A DNA stretch of 64,000 bases from Eledone cirrhosa. Lineage: Eukaryota. Made by a program: the position numbers and the translations under genes. The number at the start of each line of letters is the position of its first letter. Within the stretch, counting starts at the first letter, position 1. Below are positions 52,452 to 64,000 of the stretch, one piece after another. The stretch covers positions 78,864,001 through 78,928,000 of the forward strand of contig OZ024747.1 of the NCBI GenBank assembly GCA_964016885.1, in the 5' to 3' direction. The notes beneath the pieces are model-generated. The model worked only from the letters and a program-made list of their open reading frames with translations, was not told where the DNA came from and did no database searches.

Positions 52452-54594
52452 CACTATTGTATAGAAATGTTAATAATAAATAAATACACAAGGTTTCTTC
52501 AATAGAGATTTTTCCATGGAAATAGAATCAAGAATGACCAGTGATAAATATAACTGAAATTGTGTCTCCATATCCTATTTGCTGCTTATTGTGCAACATA
52601 AATAGAAGCACAATAGCTACTTATGAGTAGTTGTGTAATATGCACAAGAATATACATTGTTGTATGGGGATATGGATATTTAAAACAAATATTTCTTTTT
52701 ATATTGACATAAATTGGAAACAAAACAACTGAAATTGTGAAGAAATATAGAAAAACAAATTAATGGTTTGTCATTTACTTTTGGAATTCCATCATTTCTT
52801 TAACCCTTTCATCACCATATTTCTGATGAAATACATGGCCTATAATTTTCAAATAATTTTGGAATAATCAACAATTTGAAGATATTTAGTAATAGAAATA
52901 ACTTTCTCATTATTAAGTTGGTGTTTGGAACATAACACGTGTTCTTACATGAAATTATAATGGAAGATTTTTAGATATATAAAAACATTTCAAAATAAGA
53001 TAATTCACTTTACAATGCTATCATTAAAACACAAAAGAAACCATGTGATGCAACATTAGGCAGTCAGCTAAATTAACATAAATGTGTGCTGTAAACTTCA
53101 TCTTTCTTCTTCCATATGATTGTATAATATGGTTTTCATGGTATATCTACAACAACAAATTATTTGACTGCCTGTGTGCCATAGGGTCTACTTGATTAAA
53201 ACTGACATGGAGCAACACAACATTAGAGGATCATACTTTGATAGCAGTGACAATGTAATACATAGAAAAGAAATGTGGTGAGATGTTAAAAAAATACAAA
53301 GATATTTGAATGTATATAAAGATGGATTGAACGATGCCTTACATGATAATCTCAAATGTGCGTCAGAAATATTCAATGCTTGAAAGTATTTATTACAAAA
53401 TGAAATATCAATTGTGTCCTACATGAAACTAAAAACCCTATATTTTCAACTGCTATCTTTACTGTGGCCATCAAGAATGATATGTGAGATAGTGATACAT
53501 AAAATAAGAACATCTACATAGATGAACATTTGACATCTTAGATTCCTATGGAGGATTATGTCTGCTCTTGAAATGAAAGACATACTAACTGGATTTTAAA
53601 TTGATATAGAAAATAACAAAACATTCCTTCAACAATGGCAACATCTATTTTTTTTTTATTCCTATAATTGAACAGATGTGAAATTATGTGCTGGTTGTTC
53701 TATTACCATAAGGAATAACCACATGATGAACTAATGTTACTATTATTCATGTCTGAAATATTCTTGTTTTGGTTGTGTACCAATATCAAACAAGAGGAAA
53801 TTATAGTTTTACCTAGAAACTTAATTAGACAAACATAACACATACTTGCATTCATGGTGATTATTTTAACGTAAATCAGGCAAATAACATTAACACTCCA
53901 AGATATTTGTTGACATCAAATATTGATGATGATGATGATGAACAATCAAAAGTATTAATCATTGAAATCTAGTTTCATCATTATTAGTGAGAAGCATTGT
54001 TACTGAATATTGCAAAAGCTCTCATAGATTAATTGGGAAATGTTCATTGTCTGAGAACTGTATCTCCAAGGATTTATGGAGAAACTTTAGTATTTATTAG
54101 AACTTTTATACATGGGCTAGTGATTAGGGTATTGGACTTATCATAATGTTGCGTTCCTAAACTATATTTCATATTACTCTTCCTGTCACGAGTTGTGACT
54201 GGCAGATAGTATTAACAATGGAAAGACCAATTGAAACATTGTTTCCTTGGTCTGATCTGATATTCAAGAAGAAAATGTCTTTCACTATACAAGTAGACAC
54301 GATACTTAAATAAAATAATTGCTGTTATCATTGAAAACATAAGAAACAAAAATACATAATTTAAAGTTTAAAAAAGAAGAAAAATTCCACTCAAGCTATA
54401 ATGTGTATATTATTCTCAATCTCAATAAATTAAACTGTTAAAATATTTATAGTATGGATAAAGTTTCATTGAAAAACATTCTTAGCTAGAAAACAAAACA
54501 TAAGTGACAGGCTCATTATACAGCCCATGCTAAGTAATAGATTTATTATTGCTTTGTATTTTGTTCAACTGATCTATTATGTAAAGCACATACA

Positions 54595-54668
<74 letters not shown>

Positions 54669-54758
54669 AGAGAGGGAGAGAGAGGGTGATAGAGGGTGAT
54701 ATGATGCCTGAATATACATATAGCTACATACACATTAACATGATTATATGAAAATATT

Positions 54759-54872
54759 TGTGTATACGCTTGTATCAAAGTGTTCATGTGTATATGCTTG
54801 TATCAGAGTGTTCATGTGTATATGCTTGTATCAGAGTGTTCATGTGTATATGCTTGTATCAGAGTGTTCATG
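54759..54872. repeat. 28-bp tandem repeat, about 4 copies (TGTATATGCTTGTATCAGAGTGTTCATG)
   Basis: Read directly from the sequence. Confidence 0.9.
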
Positions 54873-55336
54873 AGTCTGCTTCTATATTATAACAAGTAAT
54901 TTGTTTACATCACAGTATTTGTATGCTTGTGCATGCGTGCATATGTGCATACTTACATAAGTGTTAAGGTGGTTATGTTTACATGATTGGGTGTGTATAT
55001 CTATATGGTATATGTATTTGTTTGAATACATTCATGTGTATGGGGATGTATGTTTTCCTGAGTGTGTGTGATAGATCTTTATACATGAGAGAGTGAAAAA
55101 GATAATATGTGCATTTTAAGACAGTATGTGTGTGTGTGATTTTGCTGCCAATTTACATTTGTACAATGGTAAACAGAGCTCTCTAGAGACAGCAAGAATT
55201 TCCACCAAGATTGCTTGAGCAAACTAGAAGAATAGAATAGACACTGGCAATGAATGCAATGACCTAAACGTGTCTTTGTGTATTTGGGAAGACAGAAGAA
55301 GACAGTAATAATAATACAGACCTAATGTAAACTTAC

Positions 55337-55399
55337 TCTCAATACAAACACTTGTTGGTATGCTAAGAAGAAATTCTGGCAAACACAAGTGAAAACCTT
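55337..55399 (-). CDS. Candidate 63-nt cassette exon
   Basis: Acceptor ctttgtttgcatttttag|AAG and donor AGA|gtaagt; length is a multiple of 3. Two frames are open (GFHLCLPEFLLSIPTSVCIE or KVFTCVCQNFFLAYQQVFVLR). No homology recognised. Confidence 0.35.
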
Positions 55400-55972
55400 C
55401 TAAAAATGCAAACAAAGTTACAATTCAAAATAAGAGAAGAACAAGTTTGTGCCAAACACAAATCTCTTTTCAGTATTTGTTTTTACTGCAGGAGAAAATT
55501 ATCTCAACTACAGAATGTCTCCGAGATATGGAATAGAAACAGGGAAGAGTTTCTACTGCCTAAATAAAAGTTTATTTCTTGAAGAGGGTAAATTTTATTC
55601 CCTTACATCAAGTTTTGTGGGTTAACCTACTGCTGGATAAATGTACAATTATTGAAGTCAAGAATGAATACGTTTAGCAGGCAATAGTTACACACAAAAT
55701 CCACATAGAAATAAACAGGAGAAAAGAATGAAAAATAGATTACCATAAATATACTGCAAAACAGATTTGAAGAATGAATGAATGGAAATCAGATAACCAT
55801 GTATATATTACAGTTCAGTACTTCAACTGCTCTTACCATTCAACTATAGAACTAATGACCAGATCATTACAAGTAAATTATCAAGTAGAACAGAAAAGTT
55901 GCTCTATGTCATGACAACTGGAATCATTTCTGACATTTGTTTAGAGATAAAATTTTAGAATATTTCAAACAG

Positions 55973-56122
55973 ATATGGCTGTCTGGTTAAATAGTTTGGA
56001 AACCACATGGTTTTTTATTCCGTCCCACTGCATAGCACCTTGGATGAGTGTCCTCTATTATAGCCTCAGAATGACTAATACTATATGAGTGAAATTTGGT
56101 AGACGGAAACTGTGAGGAAGCT

Positions 56123-56185
<63 letters not shown>

Positions 56186-56186
56186 T

Positions 56187-56229
<43 letters not shown>

Positions 56230-56380
56230 GTAACTTAGTGGTTCAACAAAAAGAGATTGATAAAACAAGTACCAAGACTTGAAATAATAAGTACTGGAAT
56301 CAATTATTGACTAAATCCTTCGAAGTAGTGTCTCAGTATACTTAGAGTCTAATGACAGAAACAAGTGAAAGAATAAAAGA
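55973..56380 (+). mobile_element. SINE S3 with internal (GT)n tract
   Basis: tRNA-like head (atggctgtctggttaa), gtgaaatttggtagacggaaactg, (GT)n at 56125-56227, and tail ctaatgacagaaacaagtgaaagaataaaaga. Confidence 0.7.
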
Positions 56381-57544
56381 ATATACAATTTGGGGTTTCT
56401 GTGAGTTTCATGAAAGAGAAATTAAGGAAAACAAAGAACAAGATTGGGATCCAAATGGTTTAAATTGAGAGACAGCATATATGATGATTAGAGCAAATAA
56501 AGTTATGTAGAAACTGACAGTTTCAAAGAAATTATTAACCATAATAATAGGCCACAGATGTTTGTATATTTATATATCTTTCTGTAAATCTTTGAAATTA
56601 ACACACACACACACATATATACACACATGTACACTCACACACATACACACATACATATACACACACATATGCACATATAAACACAATGTATTTTCTACCT
56701 CAGTCAGGTTGCTACAATAAGAAGTTAGCTTTCCAATCTCAAGGTCCTAGGTTCTTACACTACATGTGTCCCTGTAAATAGATATTTCTCCAGGGTTTCA
56801 TTATCCAGGACTAATAGATACACTGCAATTCCTTGAACAATGTCCATTGTAAAGAATATTCCTCAGTATATTACTTAAATAGTGCAAAGGTATATATACA
56901 AATCTATATACAATGTTTATGTATACTAAACATACATTTAGTTTCACTAAATATTTTAACCTCAGGAACTGTATAAGAGTAGGGGATAAAGATATTTCAC
57001 AGTTGTTACTGTTCATCAGTACTAGTTGACTTATGCCCTGATGCTAAACAATGAAAGATGTCTTAGAAATTTTGTAAACAAGCTATTCTTGTTTTAAGTA
57101 TATTTACCTATTGTACAAACTAAATGTACTCTAATTTTTTTCTGACAGTCATTCTACTTAATCTATTGTTCTGAAAATATTAGTTCTGATAATCTAATGG
57201 AAACCCATATATAAATATCAAATATGTATTTAACAAAGAGGAATTTAGAAGTAAGGTTTTACATACTTATCTTTAGCAAAATATTCTATAACTCCCTCTA
57301 TAATTGCTTACAGACGTTATAGGAACTTAATATTTCCTATTGAAAAAAACAAAAATTATAAAATTGTGTCTTAACTCAATGTTTTGTTACCATGGTTTCA
57401 GATTACATGTAAAATTTCCAGTATAAGTTTACCAGGAAAATTTCAATCCATAATGAAAAATGAATAAATTGAATATTGCTCCATTTTTAAAAATGAACAT
57501 GTGCATAAAAATAGAATAATCCAATAATTTTAATTTTATATAAA

Positions 57545-60130
57545 ACTATATTATATATAACACTATATTATATAACACTATATTATATATAACACTATAT
57601 TATATATAACACTATATTATATATAACACTAATATTATATATAACACTAATATTATATATAACACTAATATTATATATAACACTAATATTATATATAACA
57701 CTAATATTATATATAACACTAATATTATATATAACACTATAACACTAATATTATATATAACACTAATATTATATATAACACTATAACACTAATATTATAT
57801 ATAACACTAATATTATATATAACACTAATATTATATATAACGCTAATATTATATATAACGCTAATATTATATATAACACTAATATTATATATAACGCTAA
57901 TATTATATATAACACTAATATTATATATAACATATTATATATAACACTATATTATATATAACACTATATTATATATAACACTATATTATATATAACACTA
58001 TATTATATATAACGCTAATATTATATATAACACTATATTATATATAACGCTAATATTATATATAACGCTAATATTATATATAACGCTAATATTATATATA
58101 ACGCTAATATTATATATAACGCTAATATTATATATAACACTAATATTATATATAACGCTAATATTATATATAACACTAATATTATATATAACGCTAATAT
58201 TATATATTACACTAATATTATATATAACGCTAATATTATATATAACGCTAATATTATATATAACACTATATTATATATAACGCTAATATTATATATAACG
58301 CTAATATTATATATTACACTATATTATATATAACGCTAATATTATATATAACGCTAATATTATATATAACACTAATATTATATATAACGCTAATATTATA
58401 TATTACACTATATTATATATAACACTATATTATATATAACGCTAATATTATATATAACGCTAATATTATATATTACACTATATTATATATAACACTATAT
58501 TATATATAACGCTAATATTATATATAACGCTAATATTATATATTACACTATATTATATATAACACTATTATATATAACGCTAATATTATATATAACGCTA
58601 ATATTATATATAACGCTAATATTATATATAACGCTAATATTATATATAACGCTAATATTATATATAACGCTAATATTATATATAACGCTAATATTATATA
58701 TTACACTATATTATATATAACGCTAATATTATATATAACACTATATTATATATAACGCTAATATTATATATAACGCTAATATTATATATTACACTATATT
58801 ATATATAACGCTAATATTATATATAACGCTAATATTATATATAACACTAATATTATATATAACGCTAATATTATATATTACACTATATTATATATAACAC
58901 TATATTATATATAACGCTAATATTATATATAACGCTAATATTATATATTACACTATATTATATATAACACTATATTATATATAACGCTAATATTATATAT
59001 AACGCTAATATTATATATAACACTAATATTATATATAACGCTAATATTATATATTACACTATATTATATATAACACTATTATATATAACGCTAATATTAT
59101 ATATAACGCTAATATTATATATAACGCTAATATTATATATAACGCTAATATTATATATAACGCTAATATTATATATAACGCTAATATTATATATAACGCT
59201 AATATTATATATAACGCTAATATTATATATTACACTATATTATATATAACGCTAATATTATATATAACACTATAACGCTAATATTATATATAACGCTAAT
59301 ATTATATATAACACTAATATTATATATAACACTATAACACTAATATTATATATAACGCTAATATTATATATAACGCTAATATTATATATAACACTATAAC
59401 ACTAATATTATATATAACGCTAATATTATATATAACGCTAATATTATATATAACACTAATATTATATATAACGCTAATATTATATATAACACTATAACAC
59501 TAATATTATATATAACGCTAATATTATATATAACGCTAATATTATATATAACGCTAATATTATATATAACGCTAATATTATATATAACGCTAATATTATA
59601 TATAACACTATAACACTAATATTATATATAACGCTAATATTATATATAACGCTAATATTATATATAACGCTAATATTATATATAACGCTAATATTATATA
59701 TAACGCTAATATTATATATAACACTATAACACTAATATTATATATAACGCTAATATTATATATAACGCTAATATTATATATAACACTAATATTATATATA
59801 ACACTAATATTATATATAACGCTAATATTATATATAACACTAATATTATATATAACACTAATATTATATATAACGCTAATATTATATATAACGCTAATAT
59901 TATATATAACACTATAACACTAATATTATATATAACGCTAATATTATATATTACACTATATTATATATAACACTATATTATATATAACACTAATATTATA
60001 TATAACATATTATATATAACGCTAATATTATATATTACACTATATTATATATAACACTAATATTATATATAACACTATATTATATATAACACTAATATTA
60101 TATATTACACTATATTATATATAACACTAT
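57545..60130. repeat. About 2.6-kb AT-rich 17-18-bp minisatellite (AACACTA(A)TATTATATAT / AACGCTAATATTATATAT)
   Basis: Read directly; several variant units are interspersed. Confidence 0.97.
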
Positions 60131-60135
60131 ACATA

Positions 60136-60319
60136 AGGCAGTAGATTGGCAGAGGGCTGGATGCAATGCTTTGTAGCATGGAGTTACAGGCCTTTACGAT
60201 CCGAGTTCAAATCCCGTCGAGGTTAGCTTTGCCTTTCATCCTTACAGAGTCGATAAAATAAAGTACCAGTAATACATTGGGTTAATTGCTGGCCTTGCAC
60301 CAAAAGTAGAAACAATTAT
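60136..60319 (+). mobile_element. tRNA-derived SINE S1
   Basis: ggcagtagattggcag head, B box gagttcaaatcc, S1 core and tail. Confidence 0.82.
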
Positions 60320-60362
60320 ATATAACACTAACAAAACATCATGATTGAGGTTTTCTATTAGA

Positions 60363-63165
<2,803 letters not shown>

Positions 63166-63197
63166 TATCTGTAATTTTGAATGTCAGTTTTTGTTTT

Positions 63198-63367
63198 CGG
63201 TAGAGTGTCGGACATGCTTTCCAGCATAGTTACGTCCCTTTACGATCTGAGTTCAAATCCCACCGAGGTTAACTTTGCCTTTCATCCTTACGGGGTTGAT
63301 AAAATAAAGTACCAGTAATATACTGGAATAATTGCTGGCCTTGTGCCAAAAGTAGAAACAATTATTA
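63198..63367 (+). mobile_element. tRNA-derived SINE S1
   Basis: B box, S1 core and tail are present. Confidence 0.82.
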
Positions 63368-64000
63368 AAAGTGGAAAGACTCAAAAGGAAATGGAAATAA
63401 ATGGTGGAATCAGATCTCAGAACTTTAGGCTTCAACTATCAGATGACGAAGAATTGTGAAGAATGGTGGTATGTTGCATGACAAGAATTGCCCAACCCAC
63501 AAAAAAAAATCATTAAAACAAACATAAGAGAAATTGAGATATCTTTAATTTGAAGTAATATCTCCAGTTTTTGGTCCACACCCTTAATATAAGTTTCAAC
63601 TATATGTTCAAATGGTTTTATGTCAAACACAAAGAATTTCAAAATTCTAAACAAAAAATACTTCCCTACTAATTTATAAATGCTTATTTTAAATTAACAT
63701 TTCCTTTATTTTTATTTATTTATTTATTTATTTATTTATGCCTATTTTTAATATTTTAATACACTACAAATATTTATGAAATAATTCTTAGGCATTTAAA
63801 ACATTTTTTTTTTTTTCAAATTTCTTTAAAGGAAAGGAAAGGAGCAGATTGTCAAATCAAACCAAAGAAACTATGTTTCCATTGGTTTTTCGTAGCTAAT
63901 ACTATTTGCCAGCCATAACTCCTGGCCGAAGCTGGGAGGAAAGTGTGTGTGTGTGGGGGGGGGGGGGTAGATATTTTCTGTGAAATCATTATAGAATGTT

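Overview
This window is AT-rich animal genomic DNA with no prokaryotic genes, rRNA or CRISPR arrays. The mix of tRNA-derived SINEs, TTAA-flanked MITEs, RTE and CR1/Jockey LINE remnants and very large (TA)/(CA) microsatellites suggests a coleoid cephalopod such as octopus; this is inference, not a search result. Almost all ORFs in the supplied track are spurious (microsatellite translations or LINE debris). The plus strand is A-rich, so the minus strand is U-rich, and several short exons with good splice sites lie on the minus strand. The window therefore looks mostly like long introns of one unidentified minus-strand gene. Four candidate exons (29023-29046, 16262-16314, 14646-14708, 9694-9731) splice in frame to ...HREMRAIWYMLPHGHSRQNSATPNDNSRSHEVAMEKNKHCSQKTNIGGVSNGLLDIAE*. 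The most striking signal is a 24-nt microexon whose 5' splice-site region has two mutually exclusive complementary partners in the downstream intron. The proximal partner would bury the GUAAGU donor. The distal partner would pair the exon (with an A.C mismatch) and loop the exon-intron junction out. This is a candidate RNA switch coupling splicing and A-to-I editing. The same pre-mRNA also carries several near-perfect fold-back inverted repeats, mostly built from SINEs.
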